Shown here: positions 25,649-38,862 of the stretch, in pieces
How positions within the stretch are numbered: position 1 is the stretch's first letter
Layout: each line of letters begins with the position of its first letter
Assembly: GCA_047495785.1 (NCBI GenBank)
Contig: JBLDXI010000036.1
Location: 1,240,001 to 1,304,000 of the forward strand
Reading direction: 5' to 3'
Origin: Lepidodermella squamata
Taxonomy: Eukaryota; Animalia; Gastrotricha
Length of the DNA stretch: 64,000 nt
The notes under the pieces: generated by a model
Databases searched by the model: none
What the model was told of the DNA's origin: nothing
The model's input: the letters and a program-made list of their open reading frames with translations, nothing else
Program-made: the position numbers and the translations under genes

Positions 25649-26429
25649 ATAGACAACACTGGAACAGATAGAACGCCATCAATCTTTCCATAATGAATTT
25701 ATTCGAGCTTAATTTATAACAGATGATGATGAAATAATTTTGTGTGTAAAATCTCATAAATTCTACTACTCAGTGTCCTAAGGCAACTAATCACGGCGGT
25801 GATTGACTGATCGTTAAATGTTTTCAATAAACGACATCCCTGTCTTGTTTGCTCTATTGCCTAACAAGAGGAGACGGACGTACGAGCGGCCGTTCTTCAT
25901 TTTTCGTGACCTGCTCCACGGTAGCAAATTACGATTTGCCCGTATGTAATTTATAAATTTGGGAACTTATCAGGAATTTGTTCCGTTACGTGCGACTTCG
26001 CATTGGCGTTCGGCGAGCCTTTTCCAATGTGTTCCCCGGTGTCGTTTTGGCCGGGTGTTTCTCATGCAGAATCTGCTGTAAAATGTATCTTTTTGTGATT
26101 TCGCTTAATGTGATCTATGATATTTTTAGACAAAGTCGAGCGGCCTTTATCCGGTCTACCTCCGCGAAAGAAGCGTCCGTCCAGCGGTCCGGTTCCTCGG
26201 TGCCTTAGCCTACCTACGTGTCGAACTTGTTCCGTTTTGGCGAATCGCTTTAATACTAGTGACCTCAGATTACGATTTCCTATCCTTGAAACCATTTACA
26301 GATATTTTGCTATTTGCTAGGTTCTACATAGGCACCATAGATGAATTAGGGAGTTTTACGAATCGTAGATTCGCAGCAGACACCTGGAAGCTAACTATTT
26401 GCTAACTGTTGAAAAACAATTTGCAATAC

Positions 26430-26433
<4 letters not shown>

Positions 26434-26491
<58 letters not shown>
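26434..26491. repeat. (GA)n microsatellite, ~29 units
   Basis: Perfect GA run; may be the tail of a short retroposon end at 26492-26575. Confidence 0.95.
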
Positions 26492-26493
<2 letters not shown>

Positions 26494-26579
26494 ATCAGCG
26501 GGTCCTTGAGCGCCTTTCCCGTAGTGACGCCACGGTGGAAGCCTTGCATGGTACTTGACCCGTAGCTCTAGGAATTCAC

Positions 26580-26625
26580 CCAGTGTTTCTTGTCGATGTA
26601 GATTCCACCGCTGAAAGCCTGGAAG
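26580..26625 (-). pseudogene. Orphan copy of stalk exon 8
   Basis: ttccag|AFSGGIYIDKKH matches gene B DFSGGIYIDKTHC and gene A EFSGGVYVDKKHC. Confidence 0.7.
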
Positions 26626-26998
26626 CCAGAAAAGCTCTCATTATATGGGCCATTTCAAATTATTTGTTTCATAATTTTACATGAATAAGCAAGTAAGGAA
26701 TATTCAAGTTAAACGTGATTGATGGTAAATATGAAAACACTTTGTTATTGCATTTTTTTTTAATTTGAAATTCCGGTCCGCTTGAATGGTTTCACAATAA
26801 ACACGTTCACACTCATATTTTTTAGTTATGATGTGATTTTGCCGACTTTTATTCGTCAAAATCACTCAAATCTGCAACAGAAAATGGCGAATCAAACATT
26901 TCGGCTCTCCTTGAAAATTACATCTAGAATCATCGGAATGTAAAAAAACCGAGACACAAAAAATTGTTTGAATTTATTCGCAATTTCACATTTTTTTA

Positions 26999-27466
26999 TC
27001 ACGCTCGCATTTGTTTCCGGTCTTTTTCAGGTATCGCAATTTTGCGCGGCAGGTGATACGGCGCCAGTCGCTCGCCCTCCCACCCGTCCTTGTAGCAATA
27101 GGCCGGGCTCAGGATGACTGTCGGCGCATAGTCGACCAAATACCGGTTCAAATGCGACTCTTCGTGGTGCTTCGCAATCACCCCATTTTTGTCATCAACT
27201 TTTATCGACTCGACCAACGCCTGCCACAGCTCGACCACTCGACCAGCCCGCCCGCCGTAGAACGCGCCGTCGTAGTAGATCCAGCCCTTTTCCGGCGGGA
27301 TATAGGCCGAGGATGTTTCGTTCTTTTCGTACGTTACGTAGTTCGTAGTTCGATTACGGTTGAACATCCAGTAGTTTTGAGTAGCGACCAGATCGCCGAG
27401 AATTTCAGGCCCAACTTCATCGACTACGTACATGTCAGCGTCCATCGAGAAGAAAAAATCATGTTT
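26999..27466 (-). pseudogene. Isolated but open copy of GT6 exon 2 (catalytic half)
   Basis: Nearly identical protein to 39211-39672 with an intact acceptor and stop; no exon 1 between it and the gene C stop. Confidence 0.75.
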
Positions 27467-28051
27467 CTAAAATAAACAAGAAATATGGAAAAAAATGAAT
27501 TTTTAAAAAATTTCAAAATACTATTTTTCGACTCCAGGCACTTCGCTGGCCATTTCTGGCTATCAGTTTCAAAATTTAGATAGTCGAAGAGTAAGTGAAA
27601 TTCTGCCCTTCACGACCATGTACCTGCTATACAGCCGATAAAAACTGTCACTGCAACAGCAGCACAGACTGACGGTTCAAATTCGAAAGATTAGTAAATT
27701 TGTTGGAAAATTTGCTTATGGAAGAATTTTTAATTAAAAATGTGAAGAACTTCGTCAGCTTTTTAATGGCTTAATTGTTCAGTGTCTTGATTATTTAACT
27801 ACGCGTGGATAAAACGCTACAATTCGAAAATTGTTTCATCAAATTTATTGCTGCGTGGCGCGGAAACACCATGGACCTAGAGCTTTCTGATTATCGATGA
27901 TAACACGAGATAATGCATTATTTTATTTCCTATAAGTTATCGGACTTTTCCATTAAATTGCATTTAGATTAACCTGAAGCTTTCATGGATTCAAGTTAGA
28001 ATAATTAATTAATTAGGAGTCAGTAACGACTGTGGGTCGAAAGTTGTTGCT

Positions 28052-31000
28052 TTAGCGCATGCCCGGAACTGCGAAGGCGGCGCAATTGATCTCGACGATT
28101 CGCATCTGGCCGAAAGTGAGAACTTGGTTGAATATGTTCAAGCAATTCATACCAACATAGAGTAGATCTTGCGGATTTGCCCAAGATCTGACAAAAGGAT
28201 GATCAACCGGTTACAGTTAGCTGCTTAAAGAATAGAAACTTACCGCCCTATAATGAACTGACCACTTTTCGTAATGGGCCGCATACCACTCCCTATCTCG
28301 CGACCCTTGCCGTCGGCATAGAAGCTCAGCTTATCGCCGTTCGCATCGAGCGTGGCTGCTAGAAACAACCATGTAGATTGTAATGAACTGGAAATGGAAG
28401 TTGTTGAATTTTCGCCATACGGCCGGATGCTATAAGAGGCAATTGATTCTGCTATGAGTTTAAGTCCCAGCGTCGCTGCGTCAGGGGCGTATTCAAGTAT
28501 CGGCTCGTTTGGATATAAAGCCCGCATCGTTAACATTGCGATAGTGAAACTACCGTTGTCCAGTTTCACTTTGTCCGCGGTCACAACTATAGGATCAGAA
28601 TATCTGAAAAAGAATGCCGTTTTCTGTCCGCCAAAGGGCCCAGAAATATGCATTAGCGTCGTGTTAGCGTTTGGGGGCGTTGCGTCGGCTCTAGGATCGA
28701 CAACATCGTTGAAATCCGACACTAATGGCCAAATAGCTATGTTTGAAGGCAGAAGGGTGGTCAATGCTTCGGGAAGCCAAGTTTTGCCGGCGTGAATTTG
28801 CAGACACTTCTTCCTCAAAATCCACAATTGTTCGTACGATAAAGCTTTATCGCAAATCGATGCACACGTTATTTGACCCGGAAGACTCACGTCGTTGGCG
28901 AAATTCCTGGAAAATTTGATCTTACTGCTCGTAATGACTGTTGAACGACGCGAAAAATCAGAGACTTTGTCGCAAATTGCAGCTAAAAATTGAGTTGTTT
29001 CATTGTAAGTGACGGCGATAAAGACCCATGGCTGAGATGCCCCATTTAATGCAGCGCAGATGACCACCCTCGCAGCAGCCGCATCATCTGAAAAAATAAT
29101 TGAGCGAAATTGATATCAAAGAATTTGAACTAGCCTAAAAAAAGCTTTGAATTTGCGGTTGGATCCAAAATTGGTTTTAGCCAAAATGACTGGGTGGTAT
29201 TCTGGAAGCAGTTTACATTTGAACCTCTAGTCTTATAAGACCAAACCAAAAATATGTTTGGTCTAAACAAAACCAAGAGCCTATTAGTCTTGCGTAAACA
29301 ACTATGGTCAAGAATAGTGGCAACGGGGCCGGACGTCAACTTCAAGGGCTGCAAGCAGACGGCAGACTTGCTGGAAATTCGTCTCGTTTCGAGCGATAAA
29401 TCGGATCACCTCTGTAAGATGTTGGCATTGGACGGAGCCAAAGTCATTCCGCAACGACCGGCCAAATGCCGAATCGCTCGGGCCATTTTTGAACGCCGTT
29501 ACGTCATCTCTCATCGAGGCTGCTAGGTCATCGCCTATTAGCCGACATCAGACCCTGTCCTTAGTTGTATTCTTAGTCTTGGATCGGTATAGAGTACGCG
29601 TTACTTCATATATGCAAACTGTGTTGAACTGGTCCGTATTCACGTGAGTTCTAATATCGTTTCTAGAACTCGGGTTTTTTCTCGTTCATGAGAAGCTGAA
29701 GCCCGATTTAAGTAAAAAATACCGCTCATACGCTATCAATACGCCCTTCTTACCATGCCATAGTGCTGCCGTTTCTACGATGATTCGAGCGGTATTACAG
29801 ACAAGGCTTTTAGGTTTACATCCCGTTAGGTCTTTACATCAATAAAACCGCTTCGAGAATACCACCCACTATTGATTTCAACCAGCAAAAAGCGAGAAAA
29901 ATTTTGGAGAATGGACACTCTCCACAAAAAAATGCTATCCAAAATCCAAAACCTATGAAAATTGACGATACAGCGGGCTAAATTTGAATTTTCTTGTCCC
30001 ACGTGGCCGAGCTGGGGGATGATACCCTCCATCCCCCTGAAAGTCGCACACTGGGCTTAAAATCCTCACTACCATCAATATATAAAATATCCGCTTTAAT
30101 TTTATAATTTTAACTTCATTTCAAAAATGAATTTTCTTTGCGATTCTGGAATGAAAATGTAGATGGCCAGAGGGCTTTTCTCGTGGTTGCAAGGTGTTTA
30201 CCTTGAGGTAAACATTATCAATCTAGCTTTGCTACCGGAAGCGGAGCGGAAGCGGAGCGGAACACCATGGGTCGCAGATGTTCAGCTGAATCATGAAAAA
30301 AGGTCCGAATTTCGGTGGGAAAGTAAACAAAGAAATTTATTTTTCTTCGATCGATATCGTTAAATTAGAGCTGGTTCTCTCAAGTTTGTTGATTGAACCA
30401 GAAAGAAAATATTACAGCGAACAAGGTGGTTATTTTTTCGTGATTTAAAGATTTTTTTAAATTGCTCAAAATGTCCTTTATAGTTTTTGAGCTTGCAAAT
30501 AAAATGAAAATACCATTACTTTTAATTTGGACACCTAAGCCACTAGCCACACATGTGATTCACGCGCAAGGTTCACGCCGTAGTCTGGTTCAGATTCATG
30601 CGCATGAATCATGTGTTTCTTTGCTAACAAGCGAAAAGTAATGGTATTTTCCCACCGAGAATCCTCAATAATGTTTTAAAATTCAGTAAAAAATCGTTGA
30701 AGGTCAAACTTGGGCTCAAAAGGAAGCTCACCCCCAGCCGCGATTAGATCCATCGACAATCGTTTCAATTTCACTTTCATTCTTGTCGATTTCCCATTTT
30801 ATTTGCAAGCTCAAAAACTATAAAGGACATTTTGAGCAATTTAAAAAATCTTTAAATCACGAAAAAATAACCACCTTGTTCGCTGTAATATTTTCTTTCT
30901 GGTTCCATCAACAAACTTGAGAGAACCAGCTCTAATTTAACGATATCGATCGAAGAAAAATAAATTTCTTTGTTTACTTTCCCACCGAAATTCGGACCTT

Positions 31001-34000
31001 TTTTCATGATTCAGCTGAACATCTGCGACCCATGGTGTTCCGCTCTTTTCTCGTGAGTAGTCAGTCTATCTTAAATTATGTCTATGGTCGCAGCCCAGTT
31101 TTTCAATAGTTTTTCTCGCTCCGCTCGAAAACATTCAAATTTGCTAGCACATTCCCTTCTCGCTACGCTCGACTCATCTCGCTTTGCTCGATCGAAAACC
31201 TTGCCCAGTGATGCTCGCTTTGCTCGCGTTTCGCGGCAGGGCAAGGGTTTCGGTCGCTGAAATGCATTGCTCGCTTCGCTCGCATCTTTTACAAAATCCA
31301 GATTACAAGTGTTATTATGTAACGGTAGTTTTTCGGTAGTACAGAAATATTCGTATTATGAGCAACAAGCAACGAACGCTAACCGCGTGACAGTGTGCGA
31401 AGTAGAATTCGAGAGCTGATGTGTTTTCTACTTGTTCTCTAAGACCCGGCCGAAGAAACCAAAGGGCTGTGGTTTTTTCAGCCTACCTTTGGTTGGAGTC
31501 CAGGAGCTGGGGTGTCGCGCCCCTGTCGCACCCTGCCTCGTGATCTACAAGCAAGATCTAAACTTAGTCTTACTATTGGACTTTTCTTTTCGAGGATTTG
31601 GCGGCCAGAAATTTTCGCGGATCGCCTCACCTACCGCCAAATGGGAAATTTGTTTTGAAAATAGGGTACCCGGGCCCTAATTCACGGAATTTTAAGAGGT
31701 GAAATTCTGATTATCTGTCGCCTTAATTGGGGCCATTTTCCGAGTTCAAACAAATCAATGAATACTATGTCGTACCGCTATCATTACGTTAACCCAAATG
31801 CAATATGCCCAAGATGGCGATATATGTTATTAGGGTTATTATTAGGTTATTATTAGGTAACCCATTTGAAATAGATGGCTGTTTATAATCTATAACGACA
31901 ACGCATTGCACAATGACGCCTAATTAGCTGATGCGATGACGCATTTCTATCTTCTGGAAAATTGATTCATTTTTCTATTCTATTTTAAATGCCAAGACCC
32001 TTACTGCCTCGTGACGCTGCTGTGACGAACGACTTGTTCTCAGGCTGGTAGGATTACAGGTTTTTCTGCAGATCGTAAGCACAACGCGCAACATGAGACA
32101 GTTTTTCTGTGTCGCTTAAGGCAAGCTGAAATACCGAGAAGCTGAGAGGAGAGATGCGGATAACTCGCATGTCTTGATCTGAGAAGGCTTTATCGAACGA
32201 GCGAAGAAGTATCACAAAGAAAACAGCTACGCTGGAAGTACGGCGGTGATGAATTTCTTCAAGCAACGATACTTTGTCGTACCCAGAAAGCCAATCGAAG
32301 AGATGGTGGCCATCCTGTATCAGCGGCAAAAGGCAACCGAAGCTGGCTTCCAAATAATGATGGAAGCTGGCGGATGGAAGCCAATGATGGCAGACGGCTT
32401 GTGAAATCGACGACGAATTGTTTGTTCTGTTGGTGAAAGTGTCGGCACGGGCCATGCATAGCCAAACGCAACAAACATCTCGAGAAGATTGAATCTAGGA
32501 AGCTGAACCTTAGGAAAGGAGGAGTTTATCAGGTCATTTCTTTTGACATCGTTTACAGGCAGCGAAGAAGCGAACGTTGAATTTGAAAACGTCAGCGATG
32601 ATCCGACAATAATGAAGAGGATCGCAACGACCGTCTTCGGGTTTACCGAAGTAACTGAAGGGCAATTTTCATTTCGTCGCCTATAAACTTGACAACCGAT
32701 CGCTCGGGCAATAATATCCCGCCAATTCGTGCTCGATCGGTTTACTTCGAGAATTATTTGAAGAATCGGATGTCTGCTAAATACATCTGGCAAGCAAAGG
32801 TTCGAATGAAAGCCGACCCCAAGGTTGGTGACTTCGTTGTGATTCCTATCTCAAAGTGATCCGAAAAACTGCTTGGCGATAGTCGTCTCTATCAAAAATT
32901 TGGGTACACGAGTAGGTATCATTGATGCTAATTTTGGCATGTACGAACTTCGCACTGGAGTGTTCGCAAATGACAGGGTGATTTTCAACCGGCCGCTGTC
33001 CTTGCAAGAAAAATGGCCTCGAGTGTGCAATGAAATGTCATCCGGAGATGGCTTGCAATAACAAGACCTTAGCACAGAAAGCTGAAGAGAAGGCAGGCGG
33101 AAAAGCTGGATTACAGTCAAGAAATTCAATTAGGGTTTATTCCGAAATTATTGCCTCTTGATGTAGCGTTTTAGCTAATAATTATTAGCCAAGTTATTAA
33201 ATTGTTTATCAAGTAGGTTTTTAGAGCAATTGTTCCTTAGGGTAACCCAATTCCCAATTGGGGCGGATATAGCACATTGGTACGACAAATATACATGATC
33301 AATAAATGAAGAATGAATCAGAAGGCTTACCCGTAAATATTCTCAGCTGGTTCTTCGCAGGATTGTAATGTATTCGGAAAAGCGCCGTGTTGTCGTAGAA
33401 CTCAAAGATTGGAATGTCTGTATCAGGGAAATCCACGAAGGCAGCATAAACAGAGACTGTGAATGAACTATTGGGAACGAGCTTGCTGCTTGCCACCTCA
33501 AAATAGCCGGTTGAATTTCCAACAGAAAGCGCTGTATTAGAGTAGTCGAACGGCCCGCTTACGAACGACAGGGAGGAGCCACCAATGAACGCTGATGTAA
33601 GATTATTTTCATTGATATCACGAATGCCGTATTCTTGCGCGAGAGGGAAGAAAGCTAGGCTGCGGGGTAAGTTGAAAGGAGTCACTGTAAGAAGAATGTT
33701 TTTCTTAGAAAAAGCAATTGATCAAATAAACGAACGTTGATTGCATTCTTCCAAGGTGGTGTACGTGGTACTATTGGCTTGTGTCTAAGTAATGGAATGC
33801 TGACATGATATAAACTCGGATTAGCAAGACGTCGCTCTCACCCAATTTTGCGGACAGTTTTCCGCCGAGGAAACGCAAGTAGCCTCCATCAGCAGCTTAT
33901 TCGTGCAGAGCTTGTACTGAAATAATTATAAGTAATGATAATCCAGGATGGTCAAGCAGCTAAGGGCTACAATTTAAAAATTCTTTTACATTTCCAATAC

Positions 34001-37000
34001 AGTGTGGTCTGATACTAGTGCAGGGGGCGAGGTTCATTCATGTTTTTTAATGAGGAGCTTGGAAAAATTGAAATTTTTTAAGAATTGCGACAATGGAAAG
34101 GCAAATATTTAAATTCTTCAATTTTTCCAAGCTCCTCATTAAAAAACATGAATGAACTTCGCCCCCTGCGCAAGTATCAGACCACACTGTAGTCGAATTC
34201 TAAAGAAATTCTGAAATTCTTCTCAGTTTATCGAATGCAAAGTTTTCGAAACAAGTACCTGGATATCTGTTGCCTCAGTCTTGCAGGCATTGTGATTTTC
34301 TCTGAAAGACGTCGAGTTGCCGCCATAGCCGTAGATTTTAACCTGACATCAAGCAATTGCGTTACGAATCCGAAATCTAATTAAATGGCTCGCTTACCCG
34401 GGTACCACTCGTGAAAATGCCATAGCACTGTTTGCCATTGCTTGTGACACATTGGGCGGCTCTCTGGTGGAGAAATATCGTATCAAATGTGATCGGAAGT
34501 CAAAGCCAATTAGCCTTATAAATCATAAAAATTTCTTATATAATCATGTTATCAGAATTTGATTGTTGAACAAAATCGAATTCCAGCTTAATACATTTAA
34601 TGAAATTGAAAAAGTCGAAAGTTGATCTGGAAACAATCTTTTACCCCTCTTAAGCAGTTTGCTCTGTTGGTGAACGTCGCAGATGAAAATTCTCGAGTTT
34701 CAGATCCAACCTGACAGCCCGCTGTCTCGAGGCGGCAATCAATGAAGCTGCCGTTAGACGAGCTGAAGCACCTCACATGCGGTTTCTCACTGTCCGGAAC
34801 TTGAACTACACCGTACAGCATGAACAAGATTCAATAATTACAAAAATCGAATATAAACTCACGTGAAGTCCCAGAGATGCAAAGGCCTAAATTAGAGTAC
34901 GGGCTGCCACCATCGAGCTATAAAAAATTGGAGGTAAATTAAGATCAGCTAGGTGAGTGTAAATTGCTTCAAACCCAGTTCTCAGGACAGGTGGAGTTGA
35001 TTGGAACACATGTCTTCACCACTCCGTTTTCTTTGCATCGTTTGAAAGTTTGATTCTGAACACATTGAGAAAATTTACTAAATATTTACTATTTTAGCGC
35101 GATTAATTTACCGCGAATTTCGATCTCGCGCTATTGCAAGCGGCTAAGCTGTCTTTCAGCGTGGTATTCCTGAACCAATCAAGCTAAAAAATATAATTAA
35201 ATTAAATTAAAACCCAGTATCCAGCGGATAGAGCAGGAGATTTGCCTCGATTTCACTATCAGCAGCTGGCTCGCCACTCAAGTTACAGTTGCCAAGGCCA
35301 GGATTGCAACGTGTTGTTAGGGCGCCGTATTTGTAGCACATTTTAGCATTCTATTTTAGAGATTGATAACATTAGCATTATAGACACCTGAATTTCAGAT
35401 ATCTTACCCCTGATCGGCACGTTGCTAGATCAGCGAACAAAGGGCCCCACTAGATTAAAAAATTGAATGAAAAATTGATTAATATAATAATTTAAATAGA
35501 GCATCCCGCCCTAAATTCGGCCACTGTTTTGGGTTTTCCTAGTTTGCCAGCCATGTGAATTTTTAGAAAATATTTGGCAAAGACAGACTTATAGATGAGT
35601 TCTTGGGCTACCGAATGCTGGTTTTCACGCCGGACGATTTTATTTTGAATTATGGTGTGCTTTTATTTTAAATTTTTTAGTGTGCTTCACTTTTCACTTT
35701 TTAGTGGCATCATTGGAACGACGTCAAGATCAGGCAGCTACCACCCAGGCTCGTTTGGAAATACCAAAAAGCTGATTGGCAAAAGATACGAAAACAGGTG
35801 GCCAACAAGTTGAGGAAGCACGAGGTGGATCGACCATCTGCAGAAAGCCTGGCGAACAGGACTTTGGAAACAATTATTCGAAGCATGCGCGACAACATCC
35901 CGAGGGAGGTGTTAAAGCACACCGAATCCTCGGTACCGTGGTGGAACGATGAATGTCTGCAAATGTTCCAGGAGATGAACGAGAGCCTCGACAAAGACAG
36001 GGAGGAAGAATTACGGCGAAGAATCGATGAGGTTCATGAAGACTACAAGCGATCGCTCAAAAATAAACTCACCAAACGGATATTCCTCCGAAACGATATC
36101 ACTAGCTCATACGGCAAGTACAGCTCGCTGTAAAACCACACACAGGGAGAATTCCGCCGCTAGAGAATGGAGAGGATGACTCAGGGCGAATTCTGCTGAT
36201 CACGAACGATGTAGAGAAAGCTGAATTGCTGGTCGAGTCGAAGATGAATCTGCCTAAAGGCATGGGGGAATGGAATGATGATTGCGAGCCTGCGACTATC
36301 CTATTGGAAATAAAGGTCGAACAACGAAACATTAAGGACGAACTGAAATCCTTGAATCTCGGAAAATCCCCTGGACCCAGCGGTATCGGGCCAATCCCGC
36401 TTCGAAAGCTAGCCAACTGGATAGCGGCTCCTCTAACGACGCTGTGGCAGAAAATGCTGGAGGAAGGGGTTTGGTCATCACCATTCAAAATGGTCCATAT
36501 CTGCCCAATAAACAAAAAAAATCAAAATCAGATAAGGCCAATTATCGCCCGGTTGGAATGGGCGAGATAATCGGCAAGGTCTTCGAACGAATTGTAGCGG
36601 CTGAAAACGGCAAAAGCGAACAGAGTCATCCCTACCGACCAAGCAGCTTTCATGGCCGGTTGTAGCACTAGCGATACGCAATTCGCAGTGGTGATCGACA
36701 TATTATCGGCATTTAACAACCGAGAAATCTTCATACTTCGCCAAACCGACGTAAGTGGTGCTTTCGATCGTGTTGACCGCCCACTTCTGCTTGAAATCCT
36801 GTGGAGATGCGGCATAAGAGGGAAAGTCCATAAATTACTGAACGTTTTTTCCGAGTTCTAGTCGCCGGAGCAGCGTCAAGTCTCAGGCAAGAAGATGCCG
36901 GCATCTGCCAAGGCAGCGCCCTCGGCCCCACGTTATGGTTGATCTTCTATTCGGGAATCTACCGGGCGGCCTCTCGGGCCTTGAAGGCCTCGGAAACTTA

Positions 37001-38125
37001 CACCTTCGCCGACGATTTTAACCTTGGAGGAGATGAAATCCAACTAGTCGAAGGAGGGGAAGAGATGGCCATGGCATGGGCGGCTTCACACAGGGTTTCG
37101 ATGGGCCCAAAAAAGCGCGTTGACACGGTCTTCATTTACCCTCGCTCGAATGAAGCCTCGCGGGTGCCGAGAAGCAAGAAAAGCCAACGACAAATCAGCC
37201 AACAACTACCGTTCTACTAGGCCTTACACTTGACTCGGGGCTGACGGGCCGAGCTGGAAGTCGCCCACTGCCGCCGCTGACAACAAACATCAAGAAGATC
37301 GGCAACTCGTCACCAGTTTCAACTTCGAATCCACTCGAGATTCGGCGGCGAACACTCAAAAGCTCCAATCGAGCCATACGCTCGCCTCCTATAGTTCATT
37401 GAAGCCTGGAAAACTCCATCGTAACGTATTCCCGCAGCGTATAAACATTAATCTATTCAAGCGTGAAACTAACACTCTAGGCTTGCCATAAGATCGCTTA
37501 AATCAAGGCTGAACATTGTTTTGTAAATAATAAAAAAATGGCTAATTTTGTAGTTCACCTATACTCCTGGCCGGAATTAGGGATCCGTGTGCCCTAATTT
37601 CGGCCACCTCGTCCAGGTACCTTAAATTTGATACCGTTAAATTCGTCTCGACAAGCTGAGTAAGGAAATCGCCCTTTTATCTTTACCTGGGAGCCTTCCC
37701 TTTACGACGTGATGCCTGAAGCTCTGGTGATTATGGTAACAAAGCACTCAAGAAACGACATGAGCACCAGCATTAAGAATTATTTTTGTGGGCGACGTAA
37801 ATTAAGGGTAATTTAATTTAAATTCAAGTGAAGACTAATTTCTAAGAGAAATATTTAGTATATGAAACTGAGAGGTCAAATTTTTAATGCGGATCATAAT
37901 TTCAATGTTCCATTTCCATCGATGATATCAAAAGTTGTTGAATTAAATTGACTTAAATGTAACAAATACCTGATATTCGGTAATAGGATCACAGGTTGGG
38001 TTGTTATCGCGGCAAGAAGTAAATGCGTTGTTGGTCACTTGGAAGCATCGCTTGAAAACCTGGCCCGATGCCTGGCCGATGAACCCGAACAAAATAACGA
38101 GAATTATTAAAATAAAGCTTCTCAT
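28052..38125 (-). CDS. Lectin family gene C: signal peptide, 6 stalk modules, two ConA/LamG-like domains
   Basis: 14 exons spliced by eye; the model needs one GC-AG intron (35245-35184). Ends IVEINCAAFAVPGMR*. Two large TE-filled introns. Confidence 0.8.
30255..31045. repeat. Long near-perfect inverted repeat with ~250-bp arms
   Basis: 30255-30506 is the reverse complement of 30795-31045 with only a couple of differences. Confidence 0.9.
31391..31535. mobile_element. hAT-like MITE
   Basis: TIR cagtgtgcga / tcgcaccctg; 8-bp TSD ccgcgtga / cctcgtga. Confidence 0.8.
31768..33287 (+). mobile_element. Degenerate Ginger2-like DNA transposon
   Basis: TGTCGTACC...GGTACGACA termini. Broken plus-strand coding relics resemble an integrase Zn-binding region (YHKENSYAGSTAVMNFFKQRYFVVPRKPIEEMV) and a KRBA2/Ginger2-type C-terminus (VGDFVVIPIS..DPKNCLAIVV..GT.VGII). 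Confidence 0.65.
34000..34189. mobile_element. Tc1/mariner-type palindromic MITE in a gene C intron
   Basis: TA|cagtgtggtctgatact...agtatcagaccacactg|TA; arms ~75 bp. Confidence 0.9.
35710..37538 (+). mobile_element. Decayed non-LTR retrotransposon (LINE) ORF2 in gene C intron 1
   Basis: Frameshifted RT motifs KSPGPSGI, ANYRPV, DVSGAFDRV, QGSALGP and FADD; A-rich 3' end. Confidence 0.85.
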
Positions 38126-38691
38126 TGCTTTTCGAAAAAATAAGTGCTTAATGACGTGAAAGAGTCGAACAATTTTTTAATATCACGTATTTTTGCCTGT
38201 TCTGTTGCTCGCGCCAGATTTCATGTGTGAAAAGACACGCATGAGTTTGAAAAACAAAAACAATAAACAAATCTCATTGAACCCTGACAGGGTCAGCCGC
38301 AGCGTTTTCTTCACATAATCGATTTTAACAAGACGTCTATTTTCAGATCAGACTCCAATAACATGTTATTGAAATTGAAATTGAAATTGAGAGTTTTGGC
38401 TTCTCCCCCCCGCAACTCATCGTCTGTATCTTCTCGGTTTTTGAGAAAGGCGAAGGAAAGATGGCAAACCAAAGATAGCATTTTATTTAAAGTAAATAAA
38501 TAATCAATATCAAATAAATTTAATAGAGATGATTTAATCGCAATCAAAAGCATGGCTTCCTATGGGTAACTCGCCCTGATAAATAAATTTGATCCCAACA
38601 GTCTTTCGTACTATGATGTGTCGTAGGGGTTTATCAAATTCCATTTCGAATTACACCAGTTTGTTTCTATCAAATTCGATAAACTCCTTTG

Positions 38692-38862
38692 CAGGGTTCG
38701 AAGTAAAGGGGTGCTCGGGTGTCGCGACACCCCAGCTCCGGGTAAATCCAAAACCAGAGGAAGGCTGAAAAATACACAGGGAGCGACTCATTGTTTTCTT
38801 TGGCTGGGTCCTAGAAAACAAGTAGAAAACGCCTCAGCTCCCGGATCCTACTTCGCACACTG
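38692..38862. mobile_element. hAT-like MITE, same family as 31391
   Basis: TIR cagggttcga / tcgcacactg; 8-bp TSD ctcctttg / ctccttta. Confidence 0.8.

Noticed and set aside
25870-26300. Possible exon fragments and short ORFs
   Set aside because: No consistent gene model or recognisable motif.
32054-33129. Minus-strand ORFs of 71-157 aa
   Set aside because: Antisense shadows of the decayed Ginger2-like coding relic.
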